DNA of 64,000 nt, taken from NCBI GenBank assembly GCA_014727915.1, contig WJMO01000006.1:320001-384000 (forward strand). Reading direction: 5' to 3'. Below are positions 9,884-22,936 of the stretch, one piece after another; the first letter of the stretch is position 1; the number at the start of each line of letters is the position of its first letter. A model generated the notes under the pieces. That model did no database searches, was not told the origin of the DNA, and was given only the letters and a program-made list of their open reading frames with translations. This stretch comes from Candidatus Altiarchaeales archaeon (lineage in GTDB: Archaea; Altiarchaeota; Altiarchaeia; IMC4; SCGC-AAA252-I15). The translations under genes were made by a program, and so were the position numbers.

Positions 9884-10447
9884 TCAGGCCACCACCTGTA
9901 TCGCCATATAAAGGCACAATACTGTGATTATGTCCCCGACGGTCGCCAGAGAAGGCGCCAGCACGTTGTCGGGGTCCAATCCCCTAGAGTATGTTATCAA
10001 TGCAAATGAGATCGTGAGACCTGACAGCAGCAGGCCAGCCAATGTGCCTGCGATCAACGCTATCAATGTGAGGTCCGCCATGCTGGCGGGCATCTTGTCC
10101 GCGTTGCCTGTGAACGTGTAAGCGAAATATGCCACCACACCGGAGAAGAAAGCCATTAGAGTGTTCAGTACCAGGGATGCCAGCAGGTTGTCCCCCAACA
10201 CCCTGTTCCATCTGAGCTCCGGCTGTATCAGACCAAGGTGGAGGGCCGACGCCAGGCGGGAGCCGAGAGCACCGCTTATGTTCCCCCTCATGCCCAGCAC
10301 GGCGGGCAAGAGTATCAGAATGCCGGGAATAGCGGCGAGATCCGCCTTCAGACCCTCTAATATGAGGCCTGCGAGGACTCCGCCGAGGGAGCATAGCATG
10401 AAGATGGGGATGCTCTGCTTGAGTATGCTCTTAACCAGGGAAGGCAT
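9884..10447 (-). CDS. MgtE-family divalent cation transporter, membrane domain
   Basis: GMRGNISGALGSRLASALHLG, GLDPDN, TVGD. Confidence 0.88.
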   Translation of the reverse strand: MPSLVKSILKQSIPIFMLCSLGGVLAGLILEGLKADLAAIPGILILLPAVLGMRGNISGALGSRLASALHLGLIQPELRWNRVLGDNLLASLVLNTLMAFFSGVVAYFAYTFTGNADKMPASMADLTLIALIAGTLAGLLLSGLTISFALITYSRGLDPDNVLAPSLATVGDIITVLCLYMAIQVVA

Positions 10448-10478
10448 AATGAATTATTTAACATATATTATAAGAAAA

Positions 10479-10904
10479 ATGATTTCGCGCAGGGTTGACG
10501 TGGAGGAAGCCTACGTAGGAAGGTTCGACCACGACAGTGAAGGAGTCCAGGAGCTGAAGGACCTTGTGTCCAAGCTCGGGGTGAAGTCTGGTGTGTTCAC
10601 CGTGATAGGGTCTGTAATGTCAGCGACACTGGCATACTACGACCAGGAGAGTAGAGAGTATGTCGAGTATGAGGTCGACCGGCCGATGGAGATAGCCAAC
10701 TGCAGTGGGAACGTGAGCGTGAGTGAGGGTATGCCGCACATTCACGCTCACATCTGCCTGTCCGACCGGGAGGGAAACACCGTCTCCGGGCACCTGGTAG
10801 ACATGAGGGTTTTTGCAGCGGAGCTTTATCTGAGGAAGTTCAGGAGCAAGGTGGACAGAGTCCACGATGAGACGACAGGCCTCCAGCTAATGGACCTTCG
10901 TTAG
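10479..10904 (+). CDS. PPC/DUF296 domain protein
   Basis: VIGS, EIANCSGN, PHIHAHICLS, SGHL; start reassigned to ATG 10479. Confidence 0.85.
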   Translation: MISRRVDVEEAYVGRFDHDSEGVQELKDLVSKLGVKSGVFTVIGSVMSATLAYYDQESREYVEYEVDRPMEIANCSGNVSVSEGMPHIHAHICLSDREGNTVSGHLVDMRVFAAELYLRKFRSKVDRVHDETTGLQLMDLR

Positions 10905-11786
10905 GGCGTTGAAGACCAGCTCGAGCAGGTTCCCGACATATAACGTCAAAGCCAGGGCTATGAAAAGTATGGGGACGAACTTCACGCCCCATTTTATCTT
11001 GAGGGTAGGGGGTATCTTGCCCGCCTCCGAAAGCTCCAGGAGAGTCTGACGCTGGTCAGGGGTTATGCCCTCTATGTCCCTCTTGGAGGCTATCTTCTCG
11101 CCGTCGACTATGACGTCATCGGCCATTATGTCCCAGTCCCTGAGCTCTGATACCTCCACCGTCCTTGTGAGTATATCGTCCTCGACCGTCTTGAGATATA
11201 TGGATGCTATCAGCAGCAGGGGGACCAGGGAGTATACCATCGCCAACGTCATGAAATCGAAGTGTAGGGCTAGAAAAAGCGGCATGAGGGTGAGTGAGAG
11301 GGCAAGCATTGACTTTCGGCTTCCCAGGTTGTCCAGGTATCTCCTGAACACTGCGGGGTGCATGAGGCCCAATGCTATCGTGTAGACTATGACATATGGT
11401 GTCGAGGCGAAGGCAACGTCTATGAAGTATGTTAGTAGCGGCGGTATCTTGTAGCCTATGAATGTGTTGTTGGGCCAGCTGTAGCCGTTTGATTCCAGGT
11501 ATCCTATCAGGCAGCCTACCCCCGCCATTATCTTGACGTCCCCGCCACCCCATTGGCCGTAGTAGAAGAGCGCATAGCTTATTGCGAAGGCTATCAGACC
11601 CCATAGCAGGGACTGGGTGACGGGTTGGGCGTCCCAGGAGGCCAAGGACTGCGCGGAGGCAACCAGCACTGTGAATGCTATCAAACCGAAGCTCAGCTTC
11701 TCGGGTATCTCGCCCGTCTTCAGGTCGGCTATGCTCGCGAGCAGTAGGAAGCCCAGTGCGGCCGCGATGGCGATTGCCGTCAGCAT
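10887..11786 (-). CDS. A24-family prepilin/preflagellin peptidase
   Basis: SIADLKTGEIP and WGGGDVK catalytic aspartates; C-terminal EGIT and KFVPIL. Confidence 0.88.
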   Translation of the reverse strand: MLTAIAIAAALGFLLLASIADLKTGEIPEKLSFGLIAFTVLVASAQSLASWDAQPVTQSLLWGLIAFAISYALFYYGQWGGGDVKIMAGVGCLIGYLESNGYSWPNNTFIGYKIPPLLTYFIDVAFASTPYVIVYTIALGLMHPAVFRRYLDNLGSRKSMLALSLTLMPLFLALHFDFMTLAMVYSLVPLLLIASIYLKTVEDDILTRTVEVSELRDWDIMADDVIVDGEKIASKRDIEGITPDQRQTLLELSEAGKIPPTLKIKWGVKFVPILFIALALTLYVGNLLELVFNALTKVH

Positions 11787-11936
11787 CTCCCTATAGTATT
11801 CTTCCGCGTTGAATATAAGCCGAAAAACAGGCCATAGAATATAAAGAATATTTTATAAAATATTTTGAATAAAATAGTAATTATTTTAAATAATTCTTTT
11901 GGAGGGTTTTTATACGTGGTCTACCTATCATGTTCC

Positions 11937-12425
11937 ATGAGATATGCACCAGCCCTGGCAGTGCTCTTGCTGGCATCAACGGCAGCGGCAGGACCTCAAA
12001 CCGGCATCTGCTTCCTGGACGCCATACTGAACGGATTGGACATGGTAGCGGAAAAGTTCACAGGGATCATCAACCCCACCACAACGACGACCACAACGAC
12101 GACCACGACCACAACAACAGGCACAACATTGGAGACCACGACAACGACACTGTATGTTCCTGTGACTTCCACCACAACGACGACTGACACAACTACAACA
12201 ACCACGCTGTTCACCGGGGAGTGCTGGAAGAAGGAGGACTGCCCTGAAGACAGGGTGAAGTACACGTGCAGCTTCGACGGTGACGTGGAACGCGTGACAA
12301 CCACCTTCTTCTGCGCAAACCCCGGGCCCGAGTCGGAGTGCAAGAGCAGGCAGACCAGGAGGGTGCACGACAACTGCGGGGTTAACGAGAGATGCGTTGA
12401 GGGACAGGAGAACTGCGTGGAATAG
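11937..12425 (+). CDS. Secreted Thr-rich protein with Cys-rich C-terminal module
   Basis: Signal peptide MRYAPALAVLLLASTAAA; poly-Thr linker; six Cys in the C-terminal domain. Confidence 0.75.
   Translation: MRYAPALAVLLLASTAAAGPQTGICFLDAILNGLDMVAEKFTGIINPTTTTTTTTTTTTTTGTTLETTTTTLYVPVTSTTTTTDTTTTTTLFTGECWKKEDCPEDRVKYTCSFDGDVERVTTTFFCANPGPESECKSRQTRRVHDNCGVNERCVEGQENCVE
12076..12205 (+). repeat. Imperfect ACN trinucleotide tract encoding poly-Thr
   Basis: accaccacaacgacgaccaca... within the CDS. Confidence 0.8.
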
Positions 12426-12468
12426 CCAAAACCCACTTATTATCATATAATCGAATAAGTCAAATGCT

Positions 12469-12951
12469 ATGAAGCCAACAAAAGGGATTAGAAATGTAAA
12501 AGGCCAGACATCCGTGGAATACCTCGTCCTATTGGCCATAGCCATCGTGATAGTCGTTGTCGCCGTGGGCGTTCTCGCAGGCTTCATAAAGATCGGCACC
12601 GGGACGACTTACAAGAAGAAGGGGAACATCTACTGGAAGAGCGCGGACTTCGGGATCGCAGACTGGGAGATATACCCCGAGGGCGCCAATTCAACGCTCA
12701 TACTCCAGAACAACAAGGAATACCAGGTGAGGCTGGACTGGGTATCCCTAGACGGGGGGACCACCCAGATAAACATCGACAACGTACTACTGCCGGGAGA
12801 GACCTACCGCCTGGAGACCCAAGCCATAAACTGCAGTGGGAGCTCGGCATATTCGTTCGAGCTGACATTCCAATATGACAACCTGGAGCACGGAGTATAC
12901 GACAAGACCTTCTCAGGCATCGAGAAGCTGACTGGAAGCTGCCATTCATAA
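12469..12951 (+). CDS. Type IV pilin-like protein (class III signal peptide)
   Basis: KG/QTSVEYL followed by a hydrophobic helix; Q+1 and E+5. Confidence 0.85.
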   Translation: MKPTKGIRNVKGQTSVEYLVLLAIAIVIVVVAVGVLAGFIKIGTGTTYKKKGNIYWKSADFGIADWEIYPEGANSTLILQNNKEYQVRLDWVSLDGGTTQINIDNVLLPGETYRLETQAINCSGSSAYSFELTFQYDNLEHGVYDKTFSGIEKLTGSCHS

Positions 12952-12990
12952 AAAAAATAGAAGAGAGCGTGATGAGGGCCATCAGGCCCT
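12949..12990 (-). terminator. Hairpin plus poly-T terminator of the thermosome gene
   Basis: AGGGCC-TGAT-GGCCCT followed by a T run on the minus strand. Confidence 0.5.
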
Positions 12991-13030
12991 GCACCACGGT
13001 GGTAGCACGTGTAAAACCCTGTTTTGGGCC

Positions 13031-14677
13031 TTACATCATCCCGCCCATGTCGCCCATGCCGCCGGGTGGCATGCCTGGTGGCATGCCGCCTCCGCCGCCT
13101 GACTTCTTGGACGCTATCACGTCGTCGATGCGCAGTATCAGCTCTGCGGCTTCGCTGGCGCTCTTGATGGCCTGGGTCTTTATCTTCAGGGGCTCCACTA
13201 TACCCTTAGACCAGAGGTTCTCTATCTTGGCCTTGTCCACGTGGACTCCTATCTCAGCGCCGTCCTTGGCCTCGTGCTTGGCTCTTAGCTTCACCAGCGT
13301 GTCGATGGCGTCCATGCCTGCGGACTCCGCTAGGGTCCTGGGTATTATCTCCATCGCGTCCGCGAAAGCGTTGACTGCTAGTTGCTCGCGTCCGCCGACT
13401 GTGTCTGCGTACTTGCGCAGCTTCTGGGAGACCTCCACTTCAGGCGCTCCCCCGCCTGCAACGATAGCGCCCACCTCAACCGCTGCGGCGACGCCTCCGA
13501 GTGCGTCATGGACCGCGCGCTCGACCTCATCGACTACGTGCTCCGTGCCGCCGCGGATTATGAAGCTGACAGCCTTCGGGTTCTTGCACCCCCTCACGAA
13601 GACCATCTCATCGCCTGATATCTTGACCTCTTCCACCAGCTTAGCGGATCCCAGGTCGGATTTGGTTAGGTCCTTGATGCTCGTCAGGAGCCTCGCGCCG
13701 GTCGCCTTGGCAAGCTTGTCCATATCGGACTTCTTGACCCTGCGCACCGCGAATATACCGGCCTTGCTCAGGAAGTGCTGGGCCAGGTCGTCGATGCCCT
13801 TCTGGCAGAACAGAACGTTAGCGCCGCTGTTGGCCACTTCGTCGACCATGGTCTTGAGCATGTTCTCCTCCTGCTGCACGAACGCCTGCAGCTGCTCGGG
13901 GCTTGTTATGCTGATCTCGGCGTCGGTTTCCGTCTCCTTGATCTCTATCGCCACGTCCAACAGCGCTATCTTGGCGCCTTCTATCTTCCGCGGCATTCCG
14001 CTGTGGACGCGCTCCTTGTCTATTATTATCCCGTCTATCAGCTCGGAGTCGACCGTCGACCCGCCCTGTTTCTTCTCTACCTTTATGTTGTCCAGGTCGA
14101 CCGTCGTCTTCCCGTTCTCATCCTCCGCCACGCGAGACACCGCCTTGACGGATAGCTTGGCCAGCATCTCCTTGCTCGCTTCCGCGCCCTTACCGGTCAT
14201 CGCGGTTATCGCGATCTCCTCCAGGAGCTTCGTGTCCTTCAAGGTCACTTTCTTGCTGATGGTGTTCAGGTACTCGTGTGCCTTGTTGGCTGCCATCCTG
14301 TAACCGCGGGAGATTATGGTCGGGTGTATGCCCTGGTCGAGCAGGCTCTCCGCCTTCGCGAGGAATTCGCCCGTCAGCACGACGGCCGTCGTTGTTCCGT
14401 CGCCGACCTCGTCGTCCTGTGTCTTCGCTACCTCTATCACCATCTTAGCGGCCGGGTGTTCGACGTTCATCTCCTCGACGATCGTCGCGCCGTCGTTTGT
14501 TATGACGATGTCGCCTAGGTCGTCTACTAGCATCTTGTCCATGCCCCTCGGTCCGAGGGTGCTTCTCACCGCTTCAGCCACCGCCTTGGCAGCTAAGATG
14601 TTGTTCCTCTGGGCGTCCCGCCCAGTCGTCCTCAATGCCCCTTCAGGCAAAATTATCACTTGCTGTCCTTGTGCCAT
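13031..14677 (-). CDS. ths: Thermosome (group II chaperonin) subunit
   Basis: [16 protein letters not shown]-terminal GGM repeats; start ATG 14677 after AGGTGA SD. Confidence 0.97.
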   Translation of the reverse strand: MAQGQQVIILPEGALRTTGRDAQRNNILAAKAVAEAVRSTLGPRGMDKMLVDDLGDIVITNDGATIVEEMNVEHPAAKMVIEVAKTQDDEVGDGTTTAVVLTGEFLAKAESLLDQGIHPTIISRGYRMAANKAHEYLNTISKKVTLKDTKLLEEIAITAMTGKGAEASKEMLAKLSVKAVSRVAEDENGKTTVDLDNIKVEKKQGGSTVDSELIDGIIIDKERVHSGMPRKIEGAKIALLDVAIEIKETETDAEISITSPEQLQAFVQQEENMLKTMVDEVANSGANVLFCQKGIDDLAQHFLSKAGIFAVRRVKKSDMDKLAKATGARLLTSIKDLTKSDLGSAKLVEEVKISGDEMVFVRGCKNPKAVSFIIRGGTEHVVDEVERAVHDALGGVAAAVEVGAIVAGGGAPEVEVSQKLRKYADTVGGREQLAVNAFADAMEIIPRTLAESAGMDAIDTLVKLRAKHEAKDGAEIGVHVDKAKIENLWSKGIVEPLKIKTQAIKSASEAAELILRIDDVIASKKSGGGGGMPPGMPPGGMGDMGGMM

Positions 14678-14827
14678 TTTCCTAATCACCTGTTTTTTTA
14701 ACTTCAGGAAAAAAATTCTGGAGTATGTTATAGGTTTGGTTGTATATAAAAATGTGAGGTAAGATGGGTTTAGATGTATATTTACGAACATTGTCCAAAG
14801 AGGGTTTTTGGGGTGTTTTTGGTGTTT

Positions 14828-16345
14828 TCAGGTGGTAGGAGACGTGTAGGAGCTCAAATCCACGAGGTAGAACTCCCCATATGAGGTTACATTGGTGAAC
14901 CCAAAACCCAGGTTGTCACCCCACTGCGTGTACACGTTATCGACTGCGTAGCCGTGATAGTTGGAAGGCTTCAGGATGAACGACAAAAATCCTGCGGACA
15001 TTCCATAGTAGTCCCTCATCAGAGGCGTGAAACCGTCAAGCCGCAGGTTCTCGGACTCCGACCGCTGGATTAGCAGGTAGGAGCCGCCGCCGGAATCGGA
15101 TATCTTCCGGAGGTCATCCGTAACCGCCAGGCGGGCGTCTGGTAGATAAAAGCCCAATATCTCCCCGTAGCTTCCGAACGTGTAATCTGACATGTAGACG
15201 GTGGTTTTCCCGTCTCCGACCAGCCTGGGCAGAGTGCTCAACCCGTTGAACCCGTACTTTGAAGCAGCCAACAACAGCATGGAATTCAACAGCATTGTGG
15301 CAAGCAACAGATGGGGAACCCACTTCCACCTCTTCGGGATTTTCACCAAAGTCTTCGATGACAGCACCGCCGCAGGGTATACCATGGGCAGCAGGTAGTA
15401 GCTGTGGTAGTTGTACTTGAGGAATAAGAGCAGGAATACGGCCAGCATGGACAGCAGCAGAAGCTCCTGCTTCGACCTCTTCGAGCGGAGCCCATAAGCG
15501 GAGTATGCAGACAGTATGAACAGGGCGGGCGAGAACCCCCAGAAAAGTTCCCTGAGACAGTGCAGCAAAGCAGGTAACCCCCCTATGGACCGGCTGCCCT
15601 CCGCGAGATAGGATGATCCGGTGATGAACGCCCCGGAGTTGAGCACAAGACCATATGCTATGAAGGGCGCTATGATGACAGCGGATATCAGAAGCCCGGT
15701 TAGGTGAGGTCTGCCCACCCACTTGAAACCCTTGGACAGGTAGGTCTCAGTCAGTGCAGCGGACACCAGGAATAAAACGGTTATCTGCTTTATCCAGAAC
15801 CCAACACCAACGAAAAAGCAGGCAAGATACAGGTAACGGCGGTCCTTACGCTTCCACCATCTTAGATAGGACGCCAATGATGCCAGCAGGAAGCATGAGA
15901 CAGCCATGTCGGTCTGTATGTTCCTACCTACGAGAACATGGGCCGGGGCGAACGCAGCCAACGCGGACGCGAGCAAAGCCTCCCTCCTACCGTATATGAG
16001 GTCGGCGACTGTGAAGGTGAGCGTGAGCGCGGCAAGGGAGAACAGTATCGACAGGAGCCTACCATAGAGGACGTTAACGCCGAACACGAGGTAGACGGAG
16101 GCGAGCAGGTAGTCGTAGAGTGGGGGCGGGCTTGTGAAGAGATTGCCGGCCGCATTCGAAGGATACTTGAACGGGTGTTCCAAGACGCTGGAGGCCTTGT
16201 TGGAGTAGTAGGCCTCATTCCAGCCGTGGTATCCTCCGATACCCTCCCAGGCCCTGTTAACGCCAACCAGTAAAGAGATCGCCAGGACGACTATGAGCCA
16301 AAATAAGGTCTTATCACCTGCTGATTTCTTCCTCTTGGCCATCAT
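14828..16345 (-). CDS. GT-C membrane glycosyltransferase (ArnT/PMT, GT39-like)
   Basis: WNEAYY, SPPPLY, GRLLS, KQ motif, many TMs. Confidence 0.8.
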   Translation of the reverse strand: MMAKRKKSAGDKTLFWLIVVLAISLLVGVNRAWEGIGGYHGWNEAYYSNKASSVLEHPFKYPSNAAGNLFTSPPPLYDYLLASVYLVFGVNVLYGRLLSILFSLAALTLTFTVADLIYGRREALLASALAAFAPAHVLVGRNIQTDMAVSCFLLASLASYLRWWKRKDRRYLYLACFFVGVGFWIKQITVLFLVSAALTETYLSKGFKWVGRPHLTGLLISAVIIAPFIAYGLVLNSGAFITGSSYLAEGSRSIGGLPALLHCLRELFWGFSPALFILSAYSAYGLRSKRSKQELLLLSMLAVFLLLFLKYNYHSYYLLPMVYPAAVLSSKTLVKIPKRWKWVPHLLLATMLLNSMLLLAASKYGFNGLSTLPRLVGDGKTTVYMSDYTFGSYGEILGFYLPDARLAVTDDLRKISDSGGGSYLLIQRSESENLRLDGFTPLMRDYYGMSAGFLSFILKPSNYHGYAVDNVYTQWGDNLGFGFTNVTSYGEFYLVDLSSYTSPTT

Positions 16346-16372
16346 GGGATGAGAAGCGGTAGGTGCGGAAGA

Positions 16373-16840
16373 TCAGTGGATCTTCACCCTCCTGCCTGCG
16401 GGGCCCTCTTCGACACGAGCCAGACTAACCTCCAGGACTCCGTTGTTGTAGTTGGCCGACGCCGACTCAGGCCGGACCCTGCAGGATAGCTTGACATCCT
16501 TGCCGTATTTCCTCAGTGGCGTGTCCACGCTTATGTAGACGCTCTCGACGCTGGCACGCAGGTCTATGTCCTCCTTCCTGACCCCGGGCAGCTCGAACAC
16601 GACAGACACCGAATCATACTTTTCGATCACGTCGGTTATGGGCTCCATGAAACCGCAGACCCCATGGGGTGACGTGTTGCCGAACTCGTCAACCACCGGA
16701 TGCCCCCTCTGGTCGAAACGCATGGTGAACCCGTAAACGAACGGACCCCCATATGATGGCAGCGAGGACAGCATCCTAGCCTCCTCGAACATCTGCTTTA
16801 TCCTCTGATGCAACCCCAGATACGAAACCCCCTCGTCCAT
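16373..16840 (-). CDS. Small heat-shock protein (Hsp20)
   Basis: PFVYGFT, EPITDV, ELPGVRKEDI, ANYNNGVLEV; start reassigned. Confidence 0.9.
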   Translation of the reverse strand: MDEGVSYLGLHQRIKQMFEEARMLSSLPSYGGPFVYGFTMRFDQRGHPVVDEFGNTSPHGVCGFMEPITDVIEKYDSVSVVFELPGVRKEDIDLRASVESVYISVDTPLRKYGKDVKLSCRVRPESASANYNNGVLEVSLARVEEGPAGRRVKIH

Positions 16841-16853
16841 TGCAGAGTGAATA

Positions 16854-17759
16854 TTAGTTAGACAACAATTTAAAAAGCTCCTCGGCGGAGTCAATCTCCG
16901 CCAGCTCGCCCGGAGAAAGCACCGACATCTCCCCTTTAAGCCTTCTCTCGCTTATGCAGACGGAGTAACCGCCGACTATGTCCGATATCTCGTCCAGGAC
17001 GGACAACTTGTCCTTTATCCTGCGCCAGTCGTTGCTGACCACGCTGAAGACCCGCTGGTCACTGCGGGCGACGATGTCGAAGGGGGCGTTGGTCAACTGG
17101 GTGTTGAACCCCATGTTCTCGAACTCATTGAATACGATCCGCTTCAAAGAGGTGATCTTGCCCTGGGAATCATCCCGTAGCTTGGACTTCTCATAGGTCA
17201 GTTTGAAGTCGGCACCGCGGATGTCGTCTCCAAGCATGTCAACAAGCTTGTCGAATATCTCCAGGCTCACCCTGCCCGACCGCTCATAGCGGTAGACGGA
17301 CTGCTTTGATACTCCAAGCTCCCTCGCGAACGAGTCCTGGGTGTATCCCATCATCTTCCGGAGGTCTGAAAGGTTTTCCCTGTCGACCCTAACGCAGTAG
17401 TTCCCACGCGTCGAATAAGCCCGGGGAGGTATGTTGCCTATTATCTCCTTCAGAGTGTTCAAGGTGGATACGAAGACCCCGTATCGGTCGTATACCACGC
17501 CGTCGTTCAGCAGAGAGGACTTCATCCTCTCGGAAACGACTATGGGCACGGCCTCAAGGAGCTCCGAAACCCTCTTAAGCTCCGAAACCGAGGGTCGGCT
17601 AAGGCCCTCAACGTTTGAGAGGACCTTGACCAGCAGGAGCATGTCCTTCCTCTTGGCTAGGACGTCGAAGCTGCTGCGGGATCCCCTGCAGTCGACTACT
17701 TCAAAACCCGAATTCGACAGGTTAGCCAGAACGGCATCAACAAGGCTGGACTTGTACAT
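16854..17759 (-). CDS. Archaeal XRE-HTH transcriptional regulator (COG1395-like)
   Basis: SFDVLA, VVYDRYG, central HTH TQDSFARELGVSKQSVYRYE, APFD. Confidence 0.85.
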   Translation of the reverse strand: MYKSSLVDAVLANLSNSGFEVVDCRGSRSSFDVLAKRKDMLLLVKVLSNVEGLSRPSVSELKRVSELLEAVPIVVSERMKSSLLNDGVVYDRYGVFVSTLNTLKEIIGNIPPRAYSTRGNYCVRVDRENLSDLRKMMGYTQDSFARELGVSKQSVYRYERSGRVSLEIFDKLVDMLGDDIRGADFKLTYEKSKLRDDSQGKITSLKRIVFNEFENMGFNTQLTNAPFDIVARSDQRVFSVVSNDWRRIKDKLSVLDEISDIVGGYSVCISERRLKGEMSVLSPGELAEIDSAEELFKLLSN

Positions 17760-17760
17760 T

Positions 17761-19152
17761 TTACCCTATGAACTCGCCATGCAGGGATTTCACAGCCTTT
17801 TCCACGTCATCGGATTCGATGACGAACGATATGTTCACTTCGCTGCTTCCCTGGGCGATCATCATTACGTTAACGTCGGCTTCCGCGACCGTGGCGAAGA
17901 CCTTGGAGGCGATGCCCTTGGTCCCTCTCATCCCAGCGCCGACGACCGTCAGGACATTGACTTCCTCGAGGACCGAGATGGACTTAAGGAAGTTGTTGGT
18001 GAAGACCATCCCAAGCGCGTCAAGCGCCCGCTCAACGTCGGACTCCGAGATGACGAAGCTAAGGTTGCTCTCGCTGGAACCGGATATCATGAGTATGTTT
18101 ATGTTGGCCTCCCCGAGGCATGAGAACACGCGCCCTGCGATGTTGGGGGTCTCTGCCATTCCAACACCCTCGAGGTTCACTATCACGACGTTCTTTATAA
18201 CCGCAACCGCCTTTATGACGCCAGAAACCTTCTTCTGCCTGCTCACTATCAAAGTTCCCTCGCAGGAGGGGTTGAATGTGTTCTTCACCCTGACAGGTAT
18301 CCTCCCCGTCATGGCAGGCTCTATCATCTTGCTGTGTATGACCTTAGCCCCGAAGTAGGCCAGGTCCATGGCCTCCACATAGGATAAGGTGGGTATCAGC
18401 TTGGCCTCCGACACCAGCTTGGGGTCGGTGGTCAAAATGCCGTCTACGTCCGTCCATATCTGAACCTCCTTGGCCTTCAGATAGTTGCCCAACAGGGAGG
18501 CGGTGTAGTCGGAGCCGCCCCTCCCAAGGGTGGTTATCCTGGCCTTCTCGTCGGCTGCTATGAACCCCGTCACGACAGGCGTTATCTTATTCTTCACGTG
18601 ACTTCCCAAGATGGAGTTTACCTGCTTCCTTGACTTGCTGTGCAGTGGATGGGCCCTGCCAAAGGAAGAGTCAGTTACTATACCCGCCTCGAATCCTGTC
18701 AACGAGGCAGACTTCACGCTTATAGAGTTAAGCGCGCCGGACATGACCAGGACGTTAAGCCTCTCCCCGAATGATTGTATGTAGTCCAGGCTCTTTGGGC
18801 TGAGGTCCTCAAGGTATCCGACACCCAACAGGGCTACCCGGAGCTTCTCTATGAGCTCGAGTGACTGGCTTAACACCTCGCCACGCTCCTTCTTGTTGGT
18901 TACCGCGCCTATGACCGCCTTCCTCTGCTGCATGGTCAGCTCCCTGCAGAACCGGCTCACCTCCCGCTCTACAACGGTGTTGGGCAGGTCTATCACTGAG
19001 GTAGCGATCTTTATGAGCTTGTCTGTAACGCCACCCATAGCAGAGACCACGACCACCTTAGGCCCCTTCTCAGCCTTCACCAGCTTGGCAGCAGCCTGGA
19101 TTCTCTTGCCGTCAGCGACCGAACTGCCGCCGAATTTCATCACAACAACCAT
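17761..19152 (-). CDS. lysC: Aspartate kinase
   Basis: KFGGSS, TLGRGGSDYTA, DVDG, two ACT domains. Confidence 0.95.
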   Translation of the reverse strand: MVVVMKFGGSSVADGKRIQAAAKLVKAEKGPKVVVVSAMGGVTDKLIKIATSVIDLPNTVVEREVSRFCRELTMQQRKAVIGAVTNKKERGEVLSQSLELIEKLRVALLGVGYLEDLSPKSLDYIQSFGERLNVLVMSGALNSISVKSASLTGFEAGIVTDSSFGRAHPLHSKSRKQVNSILGSHVKNKITPVVTGFIAADEKARITTLGRGGSDYTASLLGNYLKAKEVQIWTDVDGILTTDPKLVSEAKLIPTLSYVEAMDLAYFGAKVIHSKMIEPAMTGRIPVRVKNTFNPSCEGTLIVSRQKKVSGVIKAVAVIKNVVIVNLEGVGMAETPNIAGRVFSCLGEANINILMISGSSESNLSFVISESDVERALDALGMVFTNNFLKSISVLEEVNVLTVVGAGMRGTKGIASKVFATVAEADVNVMMIAQGSSEVNISFVIESDDVEKAVKSLHGEFIG

Positions 19153-19216
19153 CGTAGAAGAAAATAGTGAATAACTTATATAAAAGAATCACGGATTGGA
19201 TGGGAGATGTGCTTTT

Positions 19217-19511
19217 GGTGGCTGTCGGTAGCCCGCCTTCTGTCAGCCTGTCTTGCGGCCTAATGCTCGCCTTGGCTGCCCGGGCATTCTTCTGAGCGCA
19301 GAATTTACTGCTTGCACCAGATCGTGGGACGGCATCCGTTTCACACAGTGCATGGACAACTCCCAATCAAGTTCATCGTTGGCGCCCAAACACGTCTACG
19401 TCTCTGCTATGCCATCCGGGCGCTCACGCACCCATCACAACAATGTCTGGTGGGCGGAACTTGCCTCAAAAACCCCTGAAAGGGACTTCGTAGGCCCGGC
19501 CAACAGCCACC
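19217..19511 (-). ncRNA. rnpB: RNase P RNA
   Basis: P1 GGUGGCUGUUGG/CCGACAGCCACC; CR-I GAGGCAAGUUCCGCCC; CR-III UGAAACGG; CR-V ACAGAAGGCGGGCUA. Confidence 0.92.
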
Positions 19512-19579
19512 AAAAAAAGAAAAGGGAAACAAACAAATAAAAATGAAGAAAAAAGGGTGGAGGTGCAATTTTTCACGGT

Positions 19580-19717
19580 TTAAAGCAGTGTCTGGGCCAG
19601 TGCCACGGCTACTAAGAGGGCTAGCACCGCCACGATCTGAGCTGCTTCAGCCACCGTCGAAGCTCCCATGTTAAAGGTTAGGTCCGCTGGGGGACTAACC
19701 ACGGTCGTCGCAGTCAC
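19580..19717 (-). CDS. Small hydrophobic protein of about 45 aa
   Basis: SD GGAGGTGAT just upstream of GTG 19717 (alternative ATG 19723); TTTATAT box upstream; T-rich tract downstream; C-terminal TM helix. Confidence 0.6.
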   Translation of the reverse strand: MTATTVVSPPADLTFNMGASTVAEAAQIVAVLALLVAVALAQTLL

Positions 19718-19904
19718 AGCCATCACCTCCAGTAAGGACTTAGGTGACCCATATAAAGAAGATAACGCCAATATAGGGCTAAAATAGGGCTAGAAGTGTG
19801 TGACCGAACGGTTAGTCTGGGTCGGTTGAAATAAAATGGCCGGAAGGTGGTGTAATTGGATGTATCCAATTGAGCATTTGACTTGTCGCCAAAGAGGCGC
19901 AGAG

Positions 19905-22748
<2,844 letters not shown>

Positions 22749-22936
22749 ACTCTACGTCTCTTTTTGGCGAGCCAAATGCTCTATATAATACATCCTATAC
22801 ACCACCTTCCAAAAGAAGAAAGCCAAAAAGAAAATTGGCTAACTTAGCATGAAAGGTTTCTCCACACGCCCGCCTGCGCAGGCATGCTTCAAGCGAAAAA
22901 ATTTTCCACCAAAATGAATTGATGAACGTGATTGTT

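Noticed and set aside
12076-12205. Possible CRISPR or tandem repeat array
   Set aside because: Degenerate ACN codons of a poly-Thr linker; no repeat-spacer pattern or cas genes.
12969-13020. GTGATGA C box on the plus strand
   Set aside because: No CTGA D box at a suitable distance; better explained by the thermosome terminator region.
12969-14303. Long antisense ORFs (also 4695-5780, 36327-37238 and others)
   Set aside because: Antisense shadows of well-supported genes caused by codon bias.
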